Positions 28,311-37,447 of a stretch of 64,000 bases of DNA are shown one piece after another. Within the stretch, counting starts at the first letter, position 1. Every line of letters begins with the position of its first letter. The translations under genes and the position numbers were made by a program. Origin of the DNA: Candidatus Aenigmatarchaeota archaeon (GTDB taxonomy: Archaea; Aenigmatarchaeota; Aenigmatarchaeia; GW2011-AR5); assembly GCA_016198685.1 (NCBI GenBank), contig JACQID010000008.1:74148-138147 (forward strand). Direction: 5' to 3'. A model generated the notes under the pieces. It saw nothing but the letters and a program-made list of their open reading frames with translations, was not told the origin of the DNA and searched no databases.

Positions 28311-28347
28311 ATTTAAAGCTTTATTTCTTTTTCGACAAAATCAGAGA

Positions 28348-28935
28348 ATGAAAGCAATATTGGTCCATGGTTGGGATGGTCATCCTGAGGAAGGATGGTT
28401 CCCATGGCTCAAGAAAGAGCTTGAGAAAAGGGGCTTTGAAGTCACCGTCCCGCAACTACCAGACGCAGAAAAACCACGCATAGAAAAATGGATTCCGGCC
28501 CTTGCAATGGCCGCAGGCAAAGTAGATGAGAACACGTATTTTATTGGCCATAGCATGGGATGCCAGGCAATAGTGAGGTACGTTGAATCATTACCGGAGG
28601 CCGTGAAGATCGGCGGCGCTGTTTTTGTAGGCGGTTTTTTCCTGCGTTTAACTGGTCTTGAAAACGATGCTGATGTGCAGGAGACCGACCGGCACTGGCT
28701 CGGCTCCCCTGTTGACTTCAGGAAAGCAAAAAGCCACATGAGAAGAAGTGTTGCCATATTTTCGGATGATGACCCTTACGTGCCTCTTGATAATCAGGAG
28801 GATTTCATGGAAAAACTGGGATCGGAAATAATCATAGAACACAACAAGGGGCATTACAACGAAAGTGCAGGCGCCTTTCAAGTTCCTTCAGTTCTTGATG
28901 CCGTTCTCAGTATTTCAGGAAAAGATAAACGGTAA
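28348..28935 (+). CDS. RBBP9/YdeN-family alpha/beta hydrolase
   Basis: VHGW..HP..GWFPWL, GHSMG nucleophile elbow, SDDDPYVP and GH motifs. Confidence 0.88.
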   Translation: MKAILVHGWDGHPEEGWFPWLKKELEKRGFEVTVPQLPDAEKPRIEKWIPALAMAAGKVDENTYFIGHSMGCQAIVRYVESLPEAVKIGGAVFVGGFFLRLTGLENDADVQETDRHWLGSPVDFRKAKSHMRRSVAIFSDDDPYVPLDNQEDFMEKLGSEIIIEHNKGHYNESAGAFQVPSVLDAVLSISGKDKR

Positions 28936-29002
28936 AATATCATGCGATTTTCAGAAAAAGTGGTCTTGGTAACCGGAGAATAGTCTGGCTATAACAAATA
29001 TA

Positions 29003-29053
29003 TACCATTACTTTACATCTTAAATATCTAATTATAGATAATTTGTAATGGTA
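29003..29053. promoter_or_regulatory. Inverted repeat enclosing the second fic promoter
   Basis: TACCATTAC (29003-29011) / GTAATGGTA (29045-29053), with inner TATCTA/TAGATA and TTAAATA between them. Ends 2 nt before the ATG. Confidence 0.5.
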
Positions 29054-29055
29054 AC

Positions 29056-29916
29056 ATGAGAGTTGTGCAACGAAACAGGGGGGCAAGAACCTACTTCTAT
29101 CTGCAATATTCATTCAGGAAAGACGGGCATGTTGTAACGAGAGAGAAATATCTGGGATTACACATACCGGAAAATATGGAAATAATCAAGGAGGAAGTTC
29201 TGAAGGAAATGAAACGTCACGTCTATTCTGACCTGGAAAATATAAAGGCGCGGTTCCAGCAGGAATGGCAGGGGCTGCCGGAAACAGTCAAGGAAAACCA
29301 AAAACACGAAATAGCGATAGCCTTCACTTACAATACGAATGCAATAGAAGGGTCAATAATAACACTGAAGGATGCAAGGGAGATAATAGCGGAAGGCATT
29401 GCGCCTGCAAAGCCGCTTCGTGACATCAAGGAAACAGAGTCCCATGCATCAGTTTTTTTGCGTATGCTAGGGGAAAATAATGATATAGACGAACAGTTAT
29501 TGATCAAGTGGCACAAGGACCTATTTTTGCCCACAAAACCTGACATCGCAGGCATTTTCAGAAATTATCTCATACGGGTCGGGTCTTATGTCGCGCCTGA
29601 CTGGCAGGACGTGAAAGAGCTGATGCGTGAGCTCATAAGATTCATAAGGATGAGCAGCGGGAACCCTGTTGAGCATGCGGCCCGCGTCCATTACAGATTC
29701 GAGAAGATACATCCCTTCGGTGACGGCAACGGTAGGCTCGGGAGGCTTCTGATGAACTGCATGCTCTGGCGTGCGGGCTACCCTATGCTCATAATAGAAT
29801 ACAGGAAAAGGCGTGCGTACTACGCCGCATTGGAAAAGGACGAGGAAGGCTTCGTGAAATATTTTATGAGGATGTATCTGAAGGCGTTCAAGAAACTGAC
29901 AGGGAAAGCGCAATAG
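29056..29916 (+). CDS. Fic-domain protein (class II) with an N-terminal beta-rich extension
   Basis: HPFGDGNGRLGR and TNAIEG motifs. N-terminal YFYLQYSFRKDGHVVTREKYLG. Confidence 0.9.
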   Translation: MRVVQRNRGARTYFYLQYSFRKDGHVVTREKYLGLHIPENMEIIKEEVLKEMKRHVYSDLENIKARFQQEWQGLPETVKENQKHEIAIAFTYNTNAIEGSIITLKDAREIIAEGIAPAKPLRDIKETESHASVFLRMLGENNDIDEQLLIKWHKDLFLPTKPDIAGIFRNYLIRVGSYVAPDWQDVKELMRELIRFIRMSSGNPVEHAARVHYRFEKIHPFGDGNGRLGRLLMNCMLWRAGYPMLIIEYRKRRAYYAALEKDEEGFVKYFMRMYLKAFKKLTGKAQ

Positions 29917-29976
29917 TGCAAGAAAAGAATGTATATGTGGCGGGGGTTACAGAATATTCAACGGCTATAAATTTGT

Positions 29977-30192
29977 GTGAAGACCATGAAAAAACGCGTA
30001 TTTACGATTCTGATAGAAAAAGGCGAAAACGGCGCCTATATAGCAGAAGTGCCGGGCCTCAAGGGCTGTAATACGCAAGGTGGCGCAGTAGAAGACGCGA
30101 TGAAGAACATAAAGGAAACAACAGATACGTGCCTTGAAGAGCAGGACGTAATCCCGAACGAATTCGCAGAGGTCCAAAAAATAGGGGCATGA
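29977..30192 (+). CDS. hicB: HicB-family antitoxin
   Basis: FTILIEKGENGAYIAEVPGLKGCNTQG..VEDAMKNIKE motif. Confidence 0.85.
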   Translation: MKTMKKRVFTILIEKGENGAYIAEVPGLKGCNTQGGAVEDAMKNIKETTDTCLEEQDVIPNEFAEVQKIGA

Positions 30193-30195
30193 TGC

Positions 30196-30363
30196 ATGAA
30201 TTTGCCTTCGGGTTCCCGGCAGAAAATGATAAGGATTCTTTATATGCAAGGCTTTCAGATCGTCAGGCAACGAAGCAGTCACGTGCAGATGAAAGACGCA
30301 AAAGGAAGGTTTGTCACTGTGCTGGTTCATTCAGGAATGGGGACAAATCGTTCCGCCTGTTAG
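30196..30363 (+). pseudogene. hicA: Degenerate, C-terminally truncated HicA toxin
   Basis: Manual translation MNLPSGSRQKMIRILYMQGFQIVRQRSSHVQMKDAKGRFVTVLVHSGMGTNRSAC*. GSH reads SSH and the final helix is missing. Confidence 0.65.
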
Positions 30364-30633
30364 GCTGATAACTTTATGCAATTTTATCAGCCTAACTGTA
30401 TTCAGGGAATTGCCATTGTCGCCAAAGAGTGTCGTAGCCGTGTCCAGCAACGGCTCGGTTCCTTACGCGCCTTTGGCAAAGAAGGCGGTATTTTTCACAG
30501 CCACGGACAATAATCCGCCAATTCCGCGGATTATTGAAACTTAATTTACAACTGTTCTTATTGTCGGGCATGTCATTTTGTTATGGCGACCAGCTAAGTT
30601 AATTATATATGTAATGGAAAAGTAATGTGACGT

Positions 30634-31071
30634 ATGTACAACAAAATAGAGAAGAAATTGATTCAAGCGGCCATGGAAGGCGTGAAGAATGCTTTTACTG
30701 GAAAGAATAAACCAAAAGATGTTAGGTTTGGGGCAGCTGTTCTTACAAAGAAAGGCAACATATACTTTTCCGGTCAGTACTACTCTGATACATATTCACT
30801 CACACTTCATGCAGAACAGGCGGTACTTGCGTATGCAGCTGCTCATGGAGAGTATGACATAGTTGCGATTGCAATTACAGGGAATGGATCTGCCGGAGGT
30901 ATAAGGGGCGACGATTCTATATACCCATGTCATATGTGCAAACAGCTTCTGTGGGAAAGCTACATTCGCTCTAAACGAAATACAGAAATTATACTGGCAG
31001 ATGAAAAAGGCAACGTTATAGAAAGACTGAAACTGCTTGACATAATGAATCACGCGTGGCCGAAAGGTTGA
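30634..31071 (+). CDS. Cytidine-deaminase-like Zn-dependent deaminase
   Basis: FGAAVLTKKGNIY, HAEQA and PCHMCKQLL motifs. Confidence 0.8.
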   Translation: MYNKIEKKLIQAAMEGVKNAFTGKNKPKDVRFGAAVLTKKGNIYFSGQYYSDTYSLTLHAEQAVLAYAAAHGEYDIVAIAITGNGSAGGIRGDDSIYPCHMCKQLLWESYIRSKRNTEIILADEKGNVIERLKLLDIMNHAWPKG

Positions 31072-31109
31072 GAATATAAATTTAATTATAGGAATAGTTG
31101 ATGTTGGTT

Positions 31110-31182
31110 GGGCTTGTAGTCTAGCTTGGTAGGATCCGTGCTTTGGGAGCATGAGACCCAGGTTCAAATCCTGGCGAGCCCA
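31110..31182 (+). tRNA. tRNA-Pro(TGG), intronless
   Basis: GGGCTTG/CGAGCCC acceptor and CGTGC-TTTGGGA-GCATG anticodon arm. Confidence 0.95.
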
Positions 31183-31241
31183 TTAATTTTGCTTATTTCG
31201 GCTTTAAAAAAATAATGAACATTTTCTTTTCAGGATAATTT

Positions 31242-32246
31242 ATGGCTGTGTTTTCTGATGTTGATATTCGTGCAAATCTGGGCAATCTAATAGACATAGA
31301 AAATTTTGACGAGAAGCACCTGAGACCCAATTCTTATGATGTAGACAGGGGAGATTTATGGGAAGTTACAGACAGCAGCGTGAAAGAAAATATACTTGAA
31401 GTGCAGAGAAGGCTTGGGAGCCGCGGAATTGATACGGAATATATGCTTCCTGAATTAAAGCCCCGGCAGTTGCGAAGGCTCAAGAAAGATCCTATACTCG
31501 TGCCTAAAAATGTATATATTGCCGAGTGTGTCCCGGGAGCATGGGTTTCAGATAACATGTCTGCCAGAATCATACCCAGGAGCCGCCATGCAAGAGACGG
31601 GCTTTATGCATTCAATCCAAATCTGAACTCAAACATGCCTTTTCTTGCTATCGTCCCGCATGCTTATGCGAAAGCGCCAGAGCATGGAATAGCCCAGATG
31701 ATAATATACGAGCGCGGAACCAAGGCACTCACACGTGCGGAAATAAGAGAGTCCATCAACAACGGCAATTTATATTACCGTGACCCGGCCAGTCAATCAG
31801 AAGCCCGAATCTTTTCTGACGAAGATGACAAAGGTTTTATGCCCGCAAGATTTGCGAATGAACTTGTCGCATACAAAGGTAACACGCTGGGTAATGGGGA
31901 AAGCTCAGAGAAGTTCTCGAATGGGGGCAGTCGCAGGGGCGTTTTCGATTTTTATCTTGGCGTAACGGTTGAGGAATTCGGAACAGGGAAATCCCATATC
32001 TTATGGATGCTCTCTGACAAGGGACATATATATCCCAATGCGCCTCTGTGCAATGCAGGCGTCCCTGCGCAGCAACATACGCTGGAAGTTACTCTAAATC
32101 CGGAGGAAATAACGAAGATAAAATCCGGAAGATATCCGCACGCATGCCGTCTGAGGGCATATGCCCTGAAGACGCCGGCTTCAGCAGACTATGCAGAAGT
32201 CGGGAATTACAACGGGCAGACATCACCACTGCCGAGGATAGCTTGA
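31242..32246 (+). CDS. Long (tandem-domain) dCTP-deaminase-like protein, divergent
   Basis: FSDVDI, LRPNSYDV and PRSRHARDG in the first half. FYLGVTVE, TLEV and C-terminal Y..GNYNGQ in the second half. Confidence 0.6.
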   Translation: MAVFSDVDIRANLGNLIDIENFDEKHLRPNSYDVDRGDLWEVTDSSVKENILEVQRRLGSRGIDTEYMLPELKPRQLRRLKKDPILVPKNVYIAECVPGAWVSDNMSARIIPRSRHARDGLYAFNPNLNSNMPFLAIVPHAYAKAPEHGIAQMIIYERGTKALTRAEIRESINNGNLYYRDPASQSEARIFSDEDDKGFMPARFANELVAYKGNTLGNGESSEKFSNGGSRRGVFDFYLGVTVEEFGTGKSHILWMLSDKGHIYPNAPLCNAGVPAQQHTLEVTLNPEEITKIKSGRYPHACRLRAYALKTPASADYAEVGNYNGQTSPLPRIA

Positions 32247-32286
32247 ACTGTTGATAACGACATCCAAAACCTATTAATCCGGTAAT

Positions 32287-33723
32287 ATGAAAGTGATAAG
32301 CATGTCAGAAGATTTGGGAATTACGGTGAAGCGGGAAGAAGATTTCTCCAAGTGGTATCTTGAGATCGTGAGAAAGGGCAATTTCATGGACCAGCGTACT
32401 CCAATGAAAGGGTTTGATGTCATAATGCCATGGGGATATGCCGTATGGGAGATAATGCAGCAGACTTTCGACCGGATGATAAAGGAGAAAGGAGTGCAGA
32501 ATGCATACTTCCCGTCCTTCATTCCTGAAAGCCTGATAAAGAAAGAGGAAGAGCATTTCGCGGGTTTCAAGGCGGAAGTAGCCAAGGTCACTGAAGCCGG
32601 CGGCGAAAAGCTTGCCGATCCTCTAATTGTCCGTCCTACGTCTGAAATGATTATGTATTATATGTATAAGCTATGGATACGCTCTTACAAGGATCTGCCG
32701 CTTAAAATCAATCAGTGGAACAATATCGTGCGCATAGACACGAAAGTCACAAAGCCGTTCATCCGGGGCCGCGAATTTCTCTGGCAGGAAGGCCATACCG
32801 CGCATGCCACGAAAGGCGAGGCAGAGGAATTCCTTCATGATATCATAGGATTATATGCAAAGATGTACGAGCTTTTTGCGATGGAAGGCTTGAAATTGGT
32901 ACGGCCCCAGCACGACACGTTCCCTGGCGCAGGCTATACCGTTGTATTCGATACTCTTGTTCAGGATGGAAAAGTTGTCCAGGGTCCGGGTTCGCATTTC
33001 CTTGCGCAAAAATTCTCAAAGGCGCTTGACATTGCTTATACGGATGAAAAAGAACAGAAGCAGCACGTCTGGCAGACCTGCTGGGGCCTTACAACAAGAC
33101 AGATAGGAATACTTCTCATGCATCATGGTGATGACAAGGGCGCAGTGTTGCCTCCTGGGGTTGCCCCGATACAGGTCGTCATAATACCTATCTTGTTCAA
33201 GGGCAAGGAAGAAATTGTGCTTGAAAAGGCCAGAGAAATAGCCAAGAAGCTGAAGGCTCGGGTTTACATAGACGAAAGGAATCATACAGCCGGCTTCAAG
33301 TTCAACGAATGGGAACTTAAGGGCGTCCCTCTTCGCATAGAGATAGGGCCAAAGGATATTGAAGCCGGACACATAACTGTTGTGCGAAGAGACACACGTG
33401 AGAAAATCCAGGTCAAGACGGTAACTGACGTTGAGAAGATGCTTGAGAAAATGCAGCATGACATGCTCGAAAAATCCCGGACATTCCTCAAGGAAAATAT
33501 ACGCGACGCAAAAAGCAAACAGGAAGCGATATCTGCCATGGCAAAGGGCGGCTTTGTGCGAATAAACTGGTGCGGCTCTGCTGAATGCGATAAATCCCTG
33601 AAGAAAGAAACCGGCGGCGAGATACGCGGCATTCTATGGGGCAAAAGCGAGCATGCATCGGGCGCATGCCTCTATTGCTCCTCTCCTGCCGGCCATGTAG
33701 CGTATGCGGCAAGAGCATACTGA
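32287..33723 (+). CDS. proS: Prolyl-tRNA synthetase (archaeal/eukaryotic type)
   Basis: VRPTSE, QWNNIVR, REFLWQEGHT, HFLAQKFS, WGLTTR and GVPLRIEIGP motifs, C-terminal Zn domain. Confidence 0.96.
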   Translation: MKVISMSEDLGITVKREEDFSKWYLEIVRKGNFMDQRTPMKGFDVIMPWGYAVWEIMQQTFDRMIKEKGVQNAYFPSFIPESLIKKEEEHFAGFKAEVAKVTEAGGEKLADPLIVRPTSEMIMYYMYKLWIRSYKDLPLKINQWNNIVRIDTKVTKPFIRGREFLWQEGHTAHATKGEAEEFLHDIIGLYAKMYELFAMEGLKLVRPQHDTFPGAGYTVVFDTLVQDGKVVQGPGSHFLAQKFSKALDIAYTDEKEQKQHVWQTCWGLTTRQIGILLMHHGDDKGAVLPPGVAPIQVVIIPILFKGKEEIVLEKAREIAKKLKARVYIDERNHTAGFKFNEWELKGVPLRIEIGPKDIEAGHITVVRRDTREKIQVKTVTDVEKMLEKMQHDMLEKSRTFLKENIRDAKSKQEAISAMAKGGFVRINWCGSAECDKSLKKETGGEIRGILWGKSEHASGACLYCSSPAGHVAYAARAY

Positions 33724-33765
33724 ATAGTGCAAATCAATTTATTCCGCCAAAGCTGATAATTAAGC

Positions 33766-34134
33766 ATGAAAAGCGAAAAAATAGCGCGCCAGGAGATAGA
33801 GCGTCTTTTTGCTAGTGACAATTATATTTCTCTAAAGCCGTTGGATAAGCCCGTGCAGATGCCGATGGAAAATATTATTTCACTGGAAGGAATGGCAGAG
33901 CCTGTGATGCCAGACATTGAAATTTCCTTGGACCTGCTTGGTATGTTTCCCAATGAATCTGATACCCAAGGTCTTGTCATGAAGATATTGCAAAATAGAT
34001 GCGAGCATCTTTCCCCCGGCGTGGAATGCAATGTAGGGGGCTTTGGCAGCCTGCAATGCCTCGATCAGCCTTTCCATAACCAATGTCCTTTCAAGCAGAA
34101 TCATGCTGAGCTCGAGCGCCAAAAGACGCTCTGA
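33766..34134 (+). CDS. Hypothetical protein with a C-terminal four-Cys cluster
   Basis: 122-aa ORF between proS and psmB containing CEH...C...C...CPF. Confidence 0.5.
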   Translation: MKSEKIARQEIERLFASDNYISLKPLDKPVQMPMENIISLEGMAEPVMPDIEISLDLLGMFPNESDTQGLVMKILQNRCEHLSPGVECNVGGFGSLQCLDQPFHNQCPFKQNHAELERQKTL

Positions 34135-34189
34135 AAACTTAAATACTTAACAGTCAATAACTAATAGGTTTCATTCTAACGGTGAACAA

Positions 34190-34807
34190 ATGCAGGCTCA
34201 ACGGATAACGGCGGAAGATGCCATGAAAACAGGAACAACTACTCTTGCAATGGTTTGCAAGGATTGCGTAGTTGTAGCTGCCGAAAGCAAGGTTACTATG
34301 GGATATCTTGTTTCTTCGAAAGAATTCCCTAAAGTATACCAGATAGATGACAAGATAGTCATGACAGTTTCCGGCGGCGTTGGAGACGCGCAGAGCGTGG
34401 TCAGGATACTCAAGGCCGAAATAAACATATACAAGTTAACAAGGAATGCAGAGCTCACGGTGAAAGGAGTCGCCACGCTTCTTGCAAACATCCAGCAGAA
34501 TTCAAGATTTTACCCTTACATGCTTATGCCGATAATAGCAGGCGTAGACCGCACAGGCATGCGGGTTTTCAGCGTGGATCCTGCAGGAGGCATAGGTGAA
34601 GACGCTTTCACTTCCACAGGTTCAGGTTCGCCGTTCGCATACGGCGTACTGGAAGACGGCTTCAAGAAGGACATGACAAGGGAAGAAGGCATAGACCTTG
34701 CAGTCCGCGCCATCAGAGCTGCACGAGAACGTGACATAGCTTCAGGCGGAAAGAATATAGATATAGCTGTCATAGACAAGAATGGCACGGAATTTCTGAG
34801 AAAGTGA
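34190..34807 (+). CDS. psmB: Proteasome beta subunit
   Basis: Propeptide then KTG|TTT, GSGSPFAYGVLE and ERDIASGG motifs. Confidence 0.95.
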   Translation: MQAQRITAEDAMKTGTTTLAMVCKDCVVVAAESKVTMGYLVSSKEFPKVYQIDDKIVMTVSGGVGDAQSVVRILKAEINIYKLTRNAELTVKGVATLLANIQQNSRFYPYMLMPIIAGVDRTGMRVFSVDPAGGIGEDAFTSTGSGSPFAYGVLEDGFKKDMTREEGIDLAVRAIRAARERDIASGGKNIDIAVIDKNGTEFLRK

Positions 34808-34851
34808 AAATTTCATATTATCATAATTACGCCTAGTTTTCAGGTGAACAC

Positions 34852-36714
34852 ATGACAATATTGGAAGATGTAAAAAAAGAACTGCCGGCAGATGCCGAAA
34901 TCAGCGATTCATCATATGAAGGCAGTGAACTGATCTACTATACAAAAAATAAGGCATTCTTCACCGACTCCCTTCCTGCGATAAAGAAGCTAGTCAGTAA
35001 ATTCAAGAAACGAATAGAGATACGAGCCGATCCTTTAATTGTCATGAACGAAGAAAAAACCGTTGAATTCATACGCAAGATCGTGCCTAAAGAAGCTGGC
35101 ATAAAAGACATTTATTTTGAGCCTGAGTTTGCTAAAGTCGTAATTCACTCAGAGAAGCCGGGAATCGTCATAGGGAGAAGCGGTGAAGTTCTTGCTGAGA
35201 TACGCAACAAGACTTTTTGGACTCCTGACATCAGGCGCGCTCCGGCTATAGACTCGGAAATCATACGTTCCATAAGAAAGATGTTGCATAATGAAGCCGG
35301 TTACAGGAAGAAATTTCTGCATGAGACAGGAAAGAAAATATATTCCGAAGGCAAGGACGTTGAATGGGTAAGAATCACGGCTCTTGGTGCTTTCAGGCAG
35401 GTAGGCAAATCGGCAGTGCTTGTGCAGACGCCTCAGAGCAAAATATTATTGGATTGCGGTATTGATGTTTCGGCCACAGGCAACAGGCCTTTTCCGTATC
35501 TTGATGCCCCTGAATTCCAGTTGCAGGCTTTGGACGCGGTCGTAATAAGCCACGCGCACCTCGATCATGCAGGTTTCGTGCCGTATCTTTATGAGTATGG
35601 TTACCGCGGCCCCCTGTACTGCACAAGGCCTACAAGAGATACGATGACACTTTTGCAGCTTGATTATATCCAGATTTGCCAGCGAGAAAACAAGAAGGCC
35701 CCTTATAGCTCAAAGGCGATAGAAGAGATGATCAAGCACTGCATACCTCTTGAGTATGGGGAGGTTTCGGATATAACACCTGACATACGTCTCACACTCA
35801 ATAATGCCGGGCACATATTAGGATCGGCTACAACACATCTCAACGTTGGCAATGGCCAGTATAATTTCCTATATACAGGAGATCTCAAATACGAGAACAC
35901 CAAGATGTTTGACAAGGCTTATACTGATTATGCAAGAGTAGAATGCGTATTGATAGAAGGGACTTATGGCGCCAAGACTGACACGCTGCCGCCCGGAGAG
36001 AAAGGAGAAGAATATCTGATAGCGAAAGTCAAGGAAGTCAAGGAGCGTGGAGGAAAAGTCATAATTCCCAGTTTTGCTGTGGGCAGAGCTCAGGAAGTCA
36101 TAGCCATGCTCATGGATTCGGATATAGATATGACGGTCTATCTGGACGGCATGCTATGGGACGCGACGGCCATCAATACTGCGTATCCTGAGTTCATGTC
36201 AAAGACCATGCAATCAAAAATACTTCACGAGGGCAAGAATCCATTCATGGATCCAAGGCTCAAGGGGGTCGGTTCACAGAAGGAAAGGATGGCCATCATC
36301 GAGTCAGTTGAGTCATGCGTCATTCTTGCAACTTCAGGTATGCTGGTGGGCGGGCCTGTCATGAATTATCTTGAAAATTTCGCAGGTAACGAGAAGAATG
36401 CCTTGCTGTTCGTAGGATATCAGGCTGAAGGCACCATGGGAAGAAGGATACAAAAGGGCTGGACGCACATACAGATGGACAATGGCAAAAGCATGGAACT
36501 GAAGCTGGAGATAGGCACTGTTAAAGGACTTTCCGGTCACAGTGATTTCAGCCAGCTCATGGCATTCATAGCTGCTTTCAGGACCCGACCCAAGAAAATA
36601 CTCGTCAACCATTGCGAAAACACGAAATGCGTGGAGTTTGCAAAGGAAGCTCATAAGCACTTTGGAGTAGAAACTATGGCTCCAAAATTGCTCGAGACCA
36701 TCCGGCTGAAGTGA
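34852..36714 (+). CDS. aCPSF1 beta-CASP ribonuclease (KH plus MBL), transcription termination factor
   Basis: KH domain (KPGIVIG), SHAHLDH, AGHILGS, PSFAVGRAQE, GYQAEGTMGR and SGHSD motifs. Confidence 0.95.
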   Translation: MTILEDVKKELPADAEISDSSYEGSELIYYTKNKAFFTDSLPAIKKLVSKFKKRIEIRADPLIVMNEEKTVEFIRKIVPKEAGIKDIYFEPEFAKVVIHSEKPGIVIGRSGEVLAEIRNKTFWTPDIRRAPAIDSEIIRSIRKMLHNEAGYRKKFLHETGKKIYSEGKDVEWVRITALGAFRQVGKSAVLVQTPQSKILLDCGIDVSATGNRPFPYLDAPEFQLQALDAVVISHAHLDHAGFVPYLYEYGYRGPLYCTRPTRDTMTLLQLDYIQICQRENKKAPYSSKAIEEMIKHCIPLEYGEVSDITPDIRLTLNNAGHILGSATTHLNVGNGQYNFLYTGDLKYENTKMFDKAYTDYARVECVLIEGTYGAKTDTLPPGEKGEEYLIAKVKEVKERGGKVIIPSFAVGRAQEVIAMLMDSDIDMTVYLDGMLWDATAINTAYPEFMSKTMQSKILHEGKNPFMDPRLKGVGSQKERMAIIESVESCVILATSGMLVGGPVMNYLENFAGNEKNALLFVGYQAEGTMGRRIQKGWTHIQMDNGKSMELKLEIGTVKGLSGHSDFSQLMAFIAAFRTRPKKILVNHCENTKCVEFAKEAHKHFGVETMAPKLLETIRLK

Positions 36715-36760
36715 CTAATCCGTACTTAAATATTTGCATCCTAATAGCTTGTGTGAGATC

Positions 36761-36940
36761 ATGGTAGTTGGATATGGCAAGTCAATAAGGGAAAAGGTAA
36801 GAAACGCTGTCCTGAAGTCCAAGACTCGTTATCAGTGCCCTAAGTGCTCTAGGATGGCCGTGAAGCGTGCTTCATCTGCCATTTGGCAGTGCATAAAGTG
36901 CAATGCCAAATTTGCATCCGGCACTTATGAGTTCAAGTAA
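36761..36940 (+). CDS. rpl37ae: 50S ribosomal protein L37Ae (short form)
   Basis: GYGKSIR, CPKC, VKR..SAIWQCIKC..KFASGTY motifs. Confidence 0.88.
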   Translation: MVVGYGKSIREKVRNAVLKSKTRYQCPKCSRMAVKRASSAIWQCIKCNAKFASGTYEFK

Positions 36941-36951
36941 ATGGTGTTCCT

Positions 36952-37080
36952 ATGTACAAGTGCATGCTTTGCAAGAAAGAATTTGAGATGGAAGACAACG
37001 CAATACGATGTCCTTTCTGCGGTTATAGAATAATCAGCAAGACCCGGGAAACATTCCGCAAACACGTTAAGGCTGAGTGA
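36952..37080 (+). CDS. rpoP: RNA polymerase subunit P (Rpo12), below the ORF-track cutoff
   Basis: Manual translation MYKCMLCKKEFEMEDNAIRCPFCGYRIISKTRETFRKHVKAE*. Confidence 0.92.
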   Translation: MYKCMLCKKEFEMEDNAIRCPFCGYRIISKTRETFRKHVKAE

Positions 37081-37084
37081 TATT

Positions 37085-37432
37085 ATGAAAGAGCTGGAGG
37101 AAGTGATGAACCAGCTGCAGGCCCAGAACCAGCAGCTTCAGGGAATAATGTCCCAGAAGCAAACTTATATGCTTCAAATACACGAGCTGGAGAAAGCCCT
37201 CGAGCATTTATCTGCAGTTAAAGAGCAGAAAGTCTACAAGGCTGTGGGCCCTCTCATAATAGAAGCCAAAAAAGATGACGTAAAGAAAGAACTGGAAGAA
37301 AACAGGGAGGATATGGATCTTAGAATAAAAACCCTGGAATCGCAGGAAGATAAAATAAAAAATAAACTCAAAGAGACGCAGAAAAAATTCCAGGATATGG
37401 CCGATAAGTATCGCGGCGGCCAAGGCGGCTGA
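37085..37432 (+). CDS. pfdB: Prefoldin beta subunit
   Basis: Coiled coils flanking VYKAVGPLII. Conserved position after rpoP. Confidence 0.92.
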   Translation: MKELEEVMNQLQAQNQQLQGIMSQKQTYMLQIHELEKALEHLSAVKEQKVYKAVGPLIIEAKKDDVKKELEENREDMDLRIKTLESQEDKIKNKLKETQKKFQDMADKYRGGQGG

Positions 37433-37447
37433 TTATTCGGTGATTTT

